In this document: in pieces, positions 1 to 12,356 of the stretch | Numbering within the stretch: the stretch's first letter is position 1 | Layout of the letters: each line of letters opens with the position of its first letter | Source: Lytechinus pictus | Taxonomy: Eukaryota | Length of the DNA: 64,000 bases | Assembly (NCBI RefSeq): GCF_037042905.1 | Contig: NC_087247.1 | Coordinates: 10,974,001-11,038,000 of the forward strand | Direction of reading: 5' to 3' | The notes under the pieces: generated by a model | Database searches by the model: none | What the model was told of the DNA's origin: nothing | Seen by the model: the letters and a program-made list of their open reading frames with translations, nothing else | Program-made: the position numbers and the translations under genes

Positions 1-1070
1 TACAAAAAATGTGAACATGCAAACCTATAATACATATGAGTGTCAGTATCGTTTGCGGTGGAAAATATATATGTATCACTTTCAATTACCATCATTTAAA
101 ACCAATTCATTAGCAAAATTAAGGTTTTTAAGTCAAGGCCTAACTGCTTCATTGGATGTGATATTACAAATGGTGATGCTTTAATTTCCAACACTTTTGA
201 AAATGAGCAAAGAAATGGGGAAAATATAAAATATGCAATGGCATATTATATTGGAGCAGAGAGGGAAAAAGAGAAAGAGAAAGAGAGAGAGAGATGTGGC
301 TTGGTCGGTAAAGCATGAATGTAGAAGCAGAAAGCCAAATAAAATGGGGCTTCCCAGGAAGTGATGTACAATGGTGAAAACAGACAATTCAAATTTTCAC
401 CAGGGCTTGCAAATTGTTGCAATACAGTTCAGAATCAATTGTTAACAATTATTCATAATTGATTAATCAATATCATTTTCATTTTCTGGTCACAAAGCCA
501 AGGAAAAATAGCAATAAAGAAGGAGTTAAGGAAAGAGCGAGTTAGCGATAGGGGCAGTAGTATACATAAGGGTGACAGAAAGATAGGTATAAAAGAGACG
601 TGCCAGTACAAATAATAGAGAGCGAGAAGGAGGGGGTGAAATAAAGGAAAGTGGGAAGGGAGATAGAAGAACAAGGAAATAAAAATCTTAAAAGAATAAG
701 ATTAGTGAGACTCTTCAAGACCATTGAAGAGTACTATTTGACTTGATTTGATTTGATTTGAGGTATCAAAAGTGACAGAATACAAGGGGGAAATGACATC
801 TATTACATAAACCCTTTAATACAACTTCTTCGTCTTGAAATCTTTTTCGAATTTTAACATGATCACATTTTTCTTTAGCTCACCAAAATCAATGATGTTA
901 GGACTGCGTGAAAAAAAAAAGAAATGTGAGCTTCATTCCATAAACATTTTTATTCCAAAAAGCATTGGACATATTAAGCGTGAATGATGGCTTACATTTT
1001 GAAACCATGATGTTATACTATCCTTACGCTAAAGTGATGCACTTTCTTGGTACAATATTCTTGGTAATAA

Positions 1071-1159
1071 TATCCAAGTCCTTTGGAAGCGCATAGAGAC
1101 ATTATTCGTAATTGTGATATGCGCTATACAAGAACTGTGTATTATTATTATTATTATTA
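1071..1159 (+). mobile_element. 3' tail fragment of a SINE/LINE
   Basis: aagcgcatagagac...tgcgctatacaagaactg followed by an (ATT)n tail; same tail style as the fuller SINEs in this window. Confidence 0.6.
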
Positions 1160-3109
1160 CAAGACTTCAATTCATTATCATAGTGAATATTCATGATGTA
1201 TAAATAGTTTCAAGTGATTATATCAACAAGCAATTATGACATTCAAAATGTCTCTGAAAGGGTGCACATGAACACCTACACAAAGATCATTGAAACTTTT
1301 TTTTTGCATTTTCCATTTATATCAATACACATCATACCCATATCTTTAATTTGGAAAAGCAGAGTACTTTGACTTTCACAACGGAAAATACCAACATTGA
1401 TCCCTTCAAAAAACCAGCAATGAGGCAGGTGTACTATACAAGCACATGGAGCTATGTTCATGTAAGACTTTTTTCATAGAGCGGCATGCTTCATTATTGT
1501 ACAAAAGGAAATATTGTGGCGGATAGAACACGAAATGGTGTAAGCTGGCCAACATGAAGTCAATGTGATCATGAATGCTTATGGCCCACATAAACTGTAA
1601 TTAATCCATTGATAAGTGTTAAATGTCTTAAATGAACTCTGTTTTAGTGAACTTTTCAAAATGATATCTTGCATTCATGTAACTCTATAATGCACTTTTA
1701 AGGTTTTTTGTATGACATCAGTGATTAATACTTTTTTCTTTGAATGAAAAGATTTGAATGGGCATTAATGAATATTGATCATGTCTATTCAATACCTATA
1801 ATACTATTTCTCTAAAATATATTGGAGAGGTATGTATTTCTAAGAATGAAAACTGAAAATGCATATAAATGACAAATTTCAACAATATTCAAGTTTGATT
1901 ATGGAAAGCCTTATATAAGATTGAAACTTTTGAATGTACAGAAGTGATATAGACAGAAGATGGGGGGATACCATCCAAGGGCTTGTGATATATATAGTGA
2001 TTCCCAAGGAGTCCAGGAAACAAACTCCCCAAACTTTCTAATCATCATGATCATCACCATTAAAGCTTGATCAACGTAGACTGCTTCTGCCGACTACTAA
2101 AAGTTTGGGCAAACAAGTTGTTTAAGACGGAACCAACACCGCTCTAGCAACTACAAACTTGTATCCATTCAGTCGTCATCGCGGGACGCCCGTAGCCCCG
2201 CTCCTTGGGGTTCCAGACAGGTGTTGACTCAGCTTGCCGAGCCTGAAAAATAGGACTACTTCCCCAAGCTCCGAGCTCGCTCGACAAGCAGAAAGTAGAG
2301 GGGGAAATAAAGGGGGCAGCCGGAGAGGAAACAAGGCACGAAGGTAGGACAGAGAGAAGATGACGACAACTGCCATTTGCACATCTTGCACGGGTGATAC
2401 GCCAGGGAGTCGCAATGCAATCACAGCACTAATGCACCTATGCTAACAGCAGATAGGAAGAGCAATGTTTAACCTGTGCTCAAAGTTTCTCTTCGTTGGG
2501 GTGCCATGCTGCAATCTCCTCATACCTTCTAGTATCTATTCTAACTTTTTCAAAAAACTGTAAATTGACATCAAGGCTAACAATTGCATTGTATTTTCTC
2601 TCTTTCTCAAGAAAAAATAGTAATCTGTGACATCACAAGTTGATCAGTTAATTCCTTTTTTTTCAAAGTCCATCAAATTATCATTTATTTTCACTGAAAA
2701 CGTGATATGTAAACCAAAATGGTTGAAATTCACTAAATTTGCCATTTGTTTTTTCCCCTTTTATAATTGTTATCTTTAAATTTGAGTAAACATTATTTCT
2801 TCCTATCTCATCTCTCACATATTAATACGCATCAAGAATACACACATAGTGCATACAGAGCTGTCAAATTGTTTGGCAACTCAGAGATATTCATTGCTGC
2901 ATCTTAGGTTAGAAAACATTCCAACCTTTTTTTCCCCTTCTCTAATGGTACCTTGTGAAATAAATGAAAAATTTTGATGAACATTAAGCCCATTAGCTGT
3001 TACTCTGCCAAGGTAACTATGGAAAACCAGCTGCCTAAAATTGGTGAGTACTTGATTAAAAAATTCAATGTTCGAAATGAAATCTCAAATAGAAGTACTC
3101 CAAAATTAT

Positions 3110-3309
3110 GTTTGCCTAAGTGATCGTAGGCCTGACAGCCACTGTGCAGCACCAGATCGATGTAGCTCTATCTCTTGAATCGGGGAACGCCAAACAGGGA
3201 AGCAGCAACTTCCATCTTTGAACGTCTTTGGTCTGATGCGGTCGTGGTTTGAACTCCCGACCTCCCAGTTGGGAGACACAAGCTCTACCAACTGAGCCAA
3301 CATACTGGT
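3110..3309 (-). mobile_element. tRNA-derived SINE (5' part)
   Basis: Reverse complement starts accagtatgtTGGCTCAGTTGGtagagc...gggaGTTCAAACC (Pol III A and B boxes) and continues into a non-tRNA body (agaccaaagacgttcaaagatggaagttgctgc). Confidence 0.85.
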
Positions 3310-3730
3310 AATGAAGTGCAAGCTTATACAACAAACATAAGAAAAATAAAAATTTAAAGTAACTGTACAAACAAAGTAAGGCGATTCTTAGTGTCTCTTT
3401 GATGAATAGCTACAGGATATGCTTACAACGTGCAAGTTAATTATCTAAACATAATAAAGAAAACCATAAAAAATACTATTTTAGCAAAGACGTGTTATCT
3501 CTATCAGTGCTATTGTAAAAGAGTGTTAAAAGGAGTCAGATGATAAAAAAGGAAGTGGATATGCAGATGTTTGTTCTTTTAATATTGTACTTATGTGTAA
3601 ACTCCAATACTCTGCCTTTACTTGTTCATTTCTGTTCCTTATTTGTTTTCTTTTTCCCCCTCCCTTTTGTCATTCTTATAAACTGTTGAAATGATTCTCT
3701 TGATTTGTTAAATAACAAATAAAGAAATGA

Positions 3731-4705
3731 AACAAGTGGAATGCCTCTGGCAGTCTCACCTGCATCACGCGATTCAATATAGCAGCAGTGCTGACTTTGA
3801 AGACTACTATAAAATAATTATTCACAAAAAACACCATTCATATAATGATACAATACTACGTTCATTGACATTTGACCTTGATCATGTGACCTAAAACTTG
3901 TCAGTGATACTTGATTACCCCAATATCCACATTTTATACACTATATCTATAAACTTTGAAAGTTATGACAGCAATCTAATAATAACCTCTAAAATGGCCA
4001 AAGTTCAATGACCTTAAATGACCTTTGACTTTGGTCATGTGACCTGAAACTCGCATGAGATATTCAGTGATACTTGACAACTCTTACATGTATGTCCAAG
4101 TTTCATGAATCAGATCCATAAACTTTCAAAGTTATGATGGTAATTCAACAGATACCTTTGACCTTGGTCATGTGACCTGAAATGCGCACAGGATATGCAG
4201 TGATACTTGATTACTCTTATGTCAAAGTTTTATGAACTAGACCAATATACTTTCAAAGTTATGATAGTAATTCAACAAATACCCCCAATTTGGCCAAAGT
4301 TCATTTACCCTAAATGACCTTTGACCTTAATCATGTGACCTGAAACTTGCACAGGATGTTCAGTGATACTTGATTACTATTATGTCCAAGTTTCATAAAT
4401 CAGATCCATAAACTGTCAAAGTTATGATGGTAATTCAACAGATACCCCCAATTTGGCCAAAGTTCATTGACCCTAAAATTCCTAAATGACCTTTGACCTT
4501 GGTCATGTGACCTCAAACTCAGGAAGGATGTTTAGTAATACTTGATTAACCTTATGGCCAAGTTTCATGAACTAGGTCTGTATACTTTCTAAGTTATGAT
4601 GTCATTTAAAAAACTTAACCTTCGGTTAAGATTTGGTGTTGCCGCCGCCGCCGTCGGAAAAGCGGCGCCTATAGTCTCACTCTGCTATGCAGGTGAGAAA
4701 AAAAT
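3731..4705. mobile_element. Non-autonomous Helentron-associated element (HINE/DINE-1/Tsp-like) with 5 internal ~130-170 bp tandem units
   Basis: Subterminal inverted repeat tctcacctgcat (~3754) / atgcaggtgaga (~4687); terminal hairpin tctcac...gtgaga; (GCC)n near the end; A-run flanks; catgtgacc core at ~3883, 4036, 4169, 4332, 4504; second copy at 46075-46901. Confidence 0.8.
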
Positions 4706-6059
4706 GGGGAGAAAAAAATGGGGGGAAAAAGCAAGTGAAGATCAAGAACAGTGTAGGAAAGGGATTAACCTCATGGCTACTGAAATCTGTAATTTCCACA
4801 GGCTTTGTAAAGGGATCATCGGATCCCAGCAGACATTGGGTTAATAAAGAGAGTTGAGTGTTATTGAGGATGACAATCGAAGCAGCACCAGAGATAGAAC
4901 CCCGTTAAAATCTTATATGAATACAAATTGTATGAAGGACACTTCACATCTTCAGATTTTCCACACGCCCTATGTATATTTGATGTTGTTGACATGAACG
5001 CTAATCCACATGAAACTACATCATTTTCAGGGAAAAGACACGCACACATCAACAGTGGAACACAAAACAACAAAAAATATTGCACTTGGTCATTATCCTT
5101 CTATTTGCACCGTTACACTTGAGATCGTAAGTGATACTACGGCGGGATGCAAGATAACGTTTTCTTTTGATATCTTTTAAGAGAAACAACATCTAATCAT
5201 ATAGATAGGAATACTTTGTTTTGCTCTTGAAATATACACCATGTATTCTTAGTGTGAGAAGAATAATATCCATCTAATTAAAAGGTGACAACCTTAAACT
5301 TAACAGTCTCAAATTTCCCCTTCAGATGCATGAAAATGGTTCAGAAAATGGATTTTAAAAAAATTGTAAGGATCAGTAAAACGTTGCCAATTTAGATATA
5401 TTAATTTGTTGGCGTCATCGTTCATCATGCCCGACTCCTGGAGCACTAAAGTGCAGAGCAACAAGAGTGCACCTTTCATATTACTATAACCCTCGTCAGA
5501 CTTTATTATGTCTCGTCTTCTGATTGAAAAGCTATGCATAACCATAATGTTGTTCATGTGCTCTTGACATTTTCCGTCCTTATGAATTGATTGAACATTC
5601 GTCGAACAGCTGTCGTTGTTCATGTATCCATCCTTCCTGGTAACGTGAAACGAGATCAAGGCTCACACTGCATCAAAAAACATGAACATGAATTGCAATG
5701 TCATAAAAGCAGAAACCCCACCCAGAGGATAATTCCAAATATAATTCATCCCCTGCCCGATGTTACTTTCTGTCACATTTAATGAGAGGCGTTATTCTCC
5801 TTGTATTGCGCCGTTGCGGTTTCTGTCACCTAGCTATGAACCAATAATAAAAAATGTTACTTTTAATAAAGGGATATTGATCATGCTATAGAAGGGTGCT
5901 TGTGTTTGAGGTGGCTGGTCAGGGGGGAAGGGGAAAAGCGAAGAAGACATGGAGGGGGCAACAAGATGGAGGAGAGTATATAGGAGGGTTGGGTTGAGGG
6001 AGGGGGGTGTACCGAATAGAGTAAAGTGGAGGAATTAAGGGGGTGAGGGTGATCTCAGT

Positions 6060-6370
6060 GGCCCGTATTCTGAAGTCGGGTTTAACTTAAACTCAGGTCT
6101 AAAGTTGTGGTTTAAGTATGGGAAGCCAAAAGTATCAAAATTTTTATTAAGTTGTATGTTTCTTATGTTTACTGTGCTCTTTCCTGATTCATCGATGGTG
6201 AAGACAATCCTATATTTATACTTCCTAGACAATTATGAATGATTTGATAGCCAAATGAGCTGAAGTATGATATCTCTACTGTAAGTGATTTATGTAACAA
6301 TTGGCTATCCATACTTAAACCACAACTTTAAACCCGAGTTTAAGTTAAACCCGACTTCAGAATACGGGCC
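6060..6370. mobile_element. MITE with long TIRs (Harbinger-like)
   Basis: ggcccgtattctgaagtcgggtttaacttaaactc... / ...gagtttaagttaaacccgacttcagaatacgggcc; AGT on both flanks. Confidence 0.9.
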
Positions 6371-6504
6371 AGTGAGTGAGAAGTGAATCCAGCCACCCCA
6401 GTAGTCGGGAACTAAACCAGATTTAAAACCTGATGGGCTGACTTTTCAAATCATCGTGCAAAAAAAGTCTCAAGTTCTTAATCTGAATTGAACTCATAGT
6501 TTCT

Positions 6505-7506
6505 GATAAAGGTTGCCCGTGTATATATTGATTCTATAATTTCAAAACTGAATACGGAAAACATCATATGTTCACGCTGGATTTACATCAGGTGTATATA
6601 TGTATAAATATTTCAAGGGGTATAAGACTCCACAATATAGTTTAATATGCACAGTTTTATTCTATGGTATAAAGCAGAATTTCATTGTTATAAAATGTAT
6701 CGAATTACCACTTTCCATATGGAACTATTTCAGCTACGATAAAGGCGGCCCCTGTATTGATTCTATAACTTAAAATGCAATATGGGAAAAAAGGCAAATG
6801 TTTAAGCTGGATTTACATCAGATGATTAATAATAAATATTTCACGAGGTAAAGACTGCACAATATAGCTCAATATGCACAGTTTGATTCTAGAAAACAAA
6901 ATTTACATATCATAAAGCATCTAAAATTATCACATGCCATATGAAACCTTTTTTGGCAAGATAACGATGGCTCCTGTATTGATTCTATAATTTCAAAATT
7001 CAATTTGGAAAAAGTGAAATGTTCAAAGCTGGATTTCCATCAGATGACAAATTATGCATAATGTCAAGAGGTACATATTGTAAAGACTCTACAACATAGC
7101 TCAAAATGAGCAGAAACTAAATATCATGAAGCACCTTGAAATCATCATATTCCACATTAAACCATTCTAGACAAAATAAGTTTGCCCCTGTATTGATTCT
7201 ATAATTTTAAAATTTTCCAAAAACATGGAAAAAATCAAATGTTCAAGCCTTAATTAGATCACAGGATAAAAAAATGATTTCAAAGGGTGCAAACTCCACA
7301 ATGAAGTTCAAAATTGCATGATTTCAATGAAGAAAACAGCATTTAAATGCTATGAAAAGTCTGGAATTATCAAATTCTATATTACACAATTTTAAACAGA
7401 ATAAAGGTGGCCCTTGCATTGATCCTATAATTTCCAAATGCCATACAGAACAAGTCAAATTTTTATGCTGGATGTACATCAGATAAAATTATAAATATTT
7501 CAAGGG
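6505..7506. repeat. Old, diverged tandem array, ~215-233 bp unit, ~4.5 copies
   Basis: Motif ataa...gcccctgtattgattctataatttcaaaa...gctggatttacatcagatg recurs at ~6505, 6738, 6960, 7175, 7399. Confidence 0.85.
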
Positions 7507-7579
7507 ATATGGAGGGGGATAAAGATTTTTTTAGTGTAGGAAATCATGTCATGTGTGGGATACGAATTACAAACCCACA

Positions 7580-7890
7580 GGCCCAAATTCTGAAGTCGGG
7601 TTTGAATGAAACCCTGGTTTAAAGTTGTGGTTTAACTACGGAGAGCCAATGGGGCACAAATCCCAAATAGTACACATTCAGTTTATTAACTCATGTGACA
7701 CTCAAATTGTTCATAATTGTCTAGGAATGATAACTGAAGCATTTTTAAGTATTTTTTCTTGATTATGAAAGCAAAAGGAAACAAAATAGTAAACATAAGA
7801 AATATACAATACAAACAGAATTTTTGACTCCCCATAATTTTAGCACAGAGTTAGACTGTGGTCTAAATTAAACCTGACTTCAGGCCAGAA
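7580..7890. mobile_element. Degenerate MITE of the 6060-6370 family, opposite orientation
   Basis: ggcccaaattctgaagtcggg start and aaacctgacttcag end; interior is the reverse complement of the 6060 copy (ttcctagacaattatgaa, ttcttatgtttact). Confidence 0.8.
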
Positions 7891-8186
7891 TCCTCTGATT
7901 GAAAGATGAGAACTGGAACCACTAGACTGAAATGCATCCACTAAAAGTACAAGATAAAATTCCACAGTATTAGAGATTTGAATTACTCTGCAACGTTCAA
8001 TGAGAAAAAAAAATAGCAGCCCACAGACCACGTACCTATGGTCTAGAAAAGAAATTGATTTAATTTAGGTACATACAACCGGGGAGGATAGAACTACATA
8101 TATGTGAAGGTATAAACCTATGATTCATGGTCATTACTCATGCCTTGGCCTATATGTTGTATCATTGTCCTTGGGAGAGATGGTGA

Positions 8187-8588
8187 TTAAAGGTAAAAGA
8201 ACGTAGTTGCAGTAAAACACTGATTTCGTGAGAAAGTCTGTAAAACCAAGGTAAAGTATTGATATATCATCGTGGATCTAGATCTGGTACAGTTACATAA
8301 ACTGAACTTTGTGAAATCATAATATTTAGCTAAAAAACGATCACACTGAAGATCGCCAACACAGATAGGCACACGTGGGACAGTGTATTATTATTGCTGG
8401 AATAAAGACCCAACGGAAGTGACCGATTCCGCGTTTATTTTGCTTATTTCAATTACAGTACACAATTTCTTCCAGAATCCTTTGGCACATATTTTTTATT
8501 CATACAAACAGACACTTTGGTGATCTTTATATTAAATTCTGTAAAAAGTCATTTTGAGACCATTCCCACAACTGGAATTTATGTTTAA
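8187..8588. mobile_element. TTAA-flanked non-autonomous DNA transposon (Kolobok-like)
   Basis: TTAAaggtaaaag...atttatgtTTAA; related copy at 32605-32937. Confidence 0.75.
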
Positions 8589-8663
8589 CCCATCTACTGC
8601 AAGACTTGAGAGGGTGGTGTAGGGGTGACACGACATTTGCTCCTGCGACATTTGCTCCGGTCT

Positions 8664-9380
8664 TTAAAAGACAAGTCCACCCCAACAAAAAATTGATTTG
8701 AATAAAAAGAGAAAAATCCAACAAGCATAATTACACTGAAAGATTCATCAAAATCGGATGTGAAATAAGAAAGTTATGGCATTCTAAAGTTTCGCTAATT
8801 TCACAAAATAGTTATATGCACATCTTAGTCAGTATGCAAATGAGGGAACTGATGACATCAATCACTCACTATTTCTTTTGTATTTTATAATATGAAATAT
8901 GAAATATTCTAATCTTCTCCTCATTGTCAAGTGAAACAACAATTAATTCCTCCATGAACATGTGGAATTAGCATTGTTTGATACTATGGTTCAGTCAAGT
9001 TGGTCCTTATAAGATAAGATAAGATAAGATATTTATTCGTCTTTCTTTCTGCACATACATTTTATCTTACAAGTGTGATTTCACATTCTACAAATGAAAA
9101 TCAATTAACCATAAATTGTCAAATCTGTAAAAAATGAAATTTTGAATAATTCAAACAATAAAGAACAAAAGAAATAATGAGTGACAGACATCATTGTCTG
9201 TCTAATTTGCATGTCACTGAGTTATGCATATCACTGTTTTGTGAAAAATAAGCAAAACTTAAAAATGTCATAACTTTCTTATTTTACATCCGATTTTGAT
9301 GAGATTTTCAGCATTATGCTTGTTTGACTTTTCTCTATTTATTCAGATCAACATTTTTCTGGGGTGGACTTGACGGTTAA
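8664..9380. mobile_element. TTAA-flanked Kolobok-like MITE, nested
   Basis: TTAAaagacaagtccacccc...ggggtggacttgacggTTAA; uninterrupted copy at 42267-42827. Confidence 0.9.
9011..9116 (-). mobile_element. Short non-LTR retroelement 3' tail inserted in the MITE
   Basis: Absent from the 42267 copy (ccttat|tgtc junction); minus strand ends in AATAAA followed by (TCTTA)n. Confidence 0.6.
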
Positions 9381-12153
9381 CAACATCTCAGAGGGCACAT
9401 GGTTAGAGTTAGGATTTTAATAGAGTTTTTGGTTCAAAATAATATAAAATAATGGTTTTATTTAGTTTGGAGGTTAAATTTTATGTTTGGCTTAACATGC
9501 AGATTTTCCATCGGAGCAAATGTCGCTGGAGCAGATTTCATGGAACTGATGTAGGATGGGAGGGAGGAGGTCCAATGTCGAGACGTTTAAGTGGATAAAA
9601 CACAATTCCTTTTCTCTGGGTTTCTCAGCATACATCCACCAAATTGCATGAATAATGGAGATTTGTGCTTTGTTTGTCTGACATTATTTCCAAATAATTT
9701 CTGAAAAAGTGCACCCAAAATTCTTTTACAATGGCCATCTTTATACATGTAGCTAGGCCTACTGTACAACTGGGTATACATAAATAGGGGAATGGAATAA
9801 TATGAGAGACAGATAGAGAAGTGACAAGACGTTATCCCTTTACATTTTTCAAATACGCATGAACTCACCTATAACCTACAACAGTGAAAATGACATTCTA
9901 TACAAACTAAAAAAATATAGGCCTACAGAAATTTGACTATTTGTGGGACTGTATAATCATTTTTTTTTGGCATAAATTCATATCACCTTCAAAACAAATG
10001 AATTCAAAGTGATGTTTTTCATTCTACTGTACACTTTCAAATGAATAATTCATAGATAAATGTCAGTATTCCTCATCTATTCATTTCTGATATGTAAGAG
10101 TCCAATGCATTCCTCAGGAGGACATTATCATGCAAGAGCATACTTAAAGCCGCACAAAATTCCTGTACTTATCACTTTGCAGATACCTTACATTATGAGC
10201 TTATTGTGCACTCCCCCCTTGAGGGCATGGCATTTAGTTTGACTATAAATACACCATCCATAATGAAAAGAAACAGCGAGCCGTCCACATCAACATGGCC
10301 ACTCTTCTAACAAGACAGCATCGTGGTCGAGCGGAGGAAAATGGTTTAGCCATCCTGCTCGGTGCAAATGGGAGCTTCTTTTGCATGATATTGGACGAGA
10401 GCATTGGTCAAATTGAGTGAATTGCTAATGTCCTTGCCCCTGCGATATAGATGCCTGTTTTCAAGCTCAGTATCTTCTCCCTTCTTGTGCATCAAGTTCT
10501 CACTCTGTAGATCGTTGCCATGTCTCTGTGAATGTTTCAACCCCCCCTCTCTCATTATCTTTTTCTCTAACCATCCCTCTCTCTGTCTCCCTCGCCTTTT
10601 CTTTTCTTCTCTATCTCCCTCATCATCATCCGCTTGTGAGGTTAAATCCATAATGAAAAAAGTTGCTGACAGTGACATCAGGACATTCGCAAGTGGCCTC
10701 TGCATTTCAGGATAAAATGAATCAAGTTGCTTCTTTCTTCCTCTCTCTCTCTCTATCTGTCTTCCCTCCAGTTGCATTATGGGAGACAAGGCTAAGTTCA
10801 TACATTTACCACCACAGGTTACAAGCATGCAGCGCTTGTATACATCAGTGCTGCGACATAACGTTGCGGACCTATATACTATATAGGGGGATTCAGTCAT
10901 TCAGTTTTTATTTGTTGCTGTGACTGGTTCTGTTAAGTAGGGCCAATTATGCGGGTCACAGCGAAACTTGACCCAAGGCAAGCCTGCAGTCTTTCTCCGG
11001 GGCATAAGCATGCATAACATACAGCACCGCGATTTAAACAATAAAGTGATACTACTTCACATCAGTCTGAAATGTTTAGGAACAAGAGTTACATTATTCT
11101 TTTACATTTCATCATTCTCCACTCTATACCTGTGCATGAAAGCTGCTAAGAAGGTAGAAGTCAAACCCCCAAATCAATGTTTGAGTATTCTCTCTACTCC
11201 ATCGAGTAAAGTGCAGCTGCTGCTATAACTCGTTCTACAAGAATAGGCCTATATATAATACATCACCATTATTACTCCATACCACTGATATTATAGGTGA
11301 TGATAATCACAATAAAAGAACAAAATAATCCATTGACAGGCTGTATTGTGGTGAGAAAGCACATAATGCAAGATGTCAGGTTTTTGTCCGTCATCACGCA
11401 ATATGTTTCATTCATCCGCCTTGCAGTTCCTTTCAAAAATTGATTTGGGGCACCAGGTATTGCACTATTTTAATAAAACCACAAAATTTTCCATTGGAGC
11501 CCTTGGTTTGAGTCATAATGAATTCTACAATTGTAATTGTGAATGTTATAATGATTTGGTAGTAGATGTAGATCATATTTGTTTCAATGATATATTTTCT
11601 TGTGTAGTTTTTATTTGTCTAAGAGTCATGCAAATAACAGTAATAATATATGTTATGTATTGAAAAATATAATACACTATCATGATATGACTGCAGAAGA
11701 AAATAACAAATCAAATCAAATACTGTTGAGATCAATAGGAATATGAAGAGGGATATTGCACGATATCAATATACTTTACAGTGCGTTCCACAAAAAAGGG
11801 AAATGGAGTTCCCAGTTATTATTTTGATCCCAAATATGATATGAATAGAGATGAGAACTTGTTCCAGGCATTTTCCCATTTTCCTTTTTGATGTTTTCTT
11901 CATAGTCTTTTTCCTCTGACCAGTTCAGTTTTATATTGTAAATAATTGCATCCTCAGAATATCAGGTTTTCGTTTATAACTGTTCTACATTTATCTTACT
12001 CAATCATTGTGATGTCAAACACAAGCAGCTGTCCCATATGTTATATAATATTAAATGCATAATTTCAATGTTTCAGTGGTTCATGATAATATTTTTTTTT
12101 TCTTTCAAGAGCAAGTGTGAAATGATTAGTCTGCTTGTATATTGAAACACAAT

Positions 12154-12290
12154 AAACCAGTGGAGCACCTCTGGCAGTTTCGCCTGCATTATTGGATTCA
12201 AATATGGCAGCAGTGCGGAATTTGAAAACGACTATAACATAATTATTTTCAAAAAAACAGTTGGTATAGACGCAATACAAAATATATATC
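12154..12290. mobile_element. Terminal fragment of the HINE-like family
   Basis: cctctggcagtttcgcctgcatt...atatggcagcagtgc matches 3745-3790. Confidence 0.7.
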
Positions 12291-12356
12291 TTGCACATGC
12301 TCTAGCTAGTTTTATATATAAGTCTGTAGGATGTAAATGCATGGTGATATCATATC

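Larger units (their letters stand above)
8624..9547. mobile_element. Outer MITE (possibly Merlin-like) interrupted by a TTAA MITE
   Basis: Subterminal gacatttgctcc x2 / ggagcaaatgtc; 8-bp flanks GGTGTAGG (8616-8623) and GATGTAGG (9548-9555) with one mismatch. Confidence 0.7.

Noticed and set aside
3230-3309. tRNA-like sequence (also ~40916, ~62080, ~62860)
   Set aside because: A/B boxes are present but run into SINE bodies; no intact cloverleaf
5078-5100. TATTGCAC miR-92-like seed (also ~11458, ~11754)
   Set aside because: The following sequence does not match the mature miR-92 as I recall it, and I see no precursor hairpin
10346-10900. 184-aa minus-strand ORF
   Set aside because: Its E/R/K-rich parts come from CT microsatellite tracts; no recognisable domain or bounding splice sites
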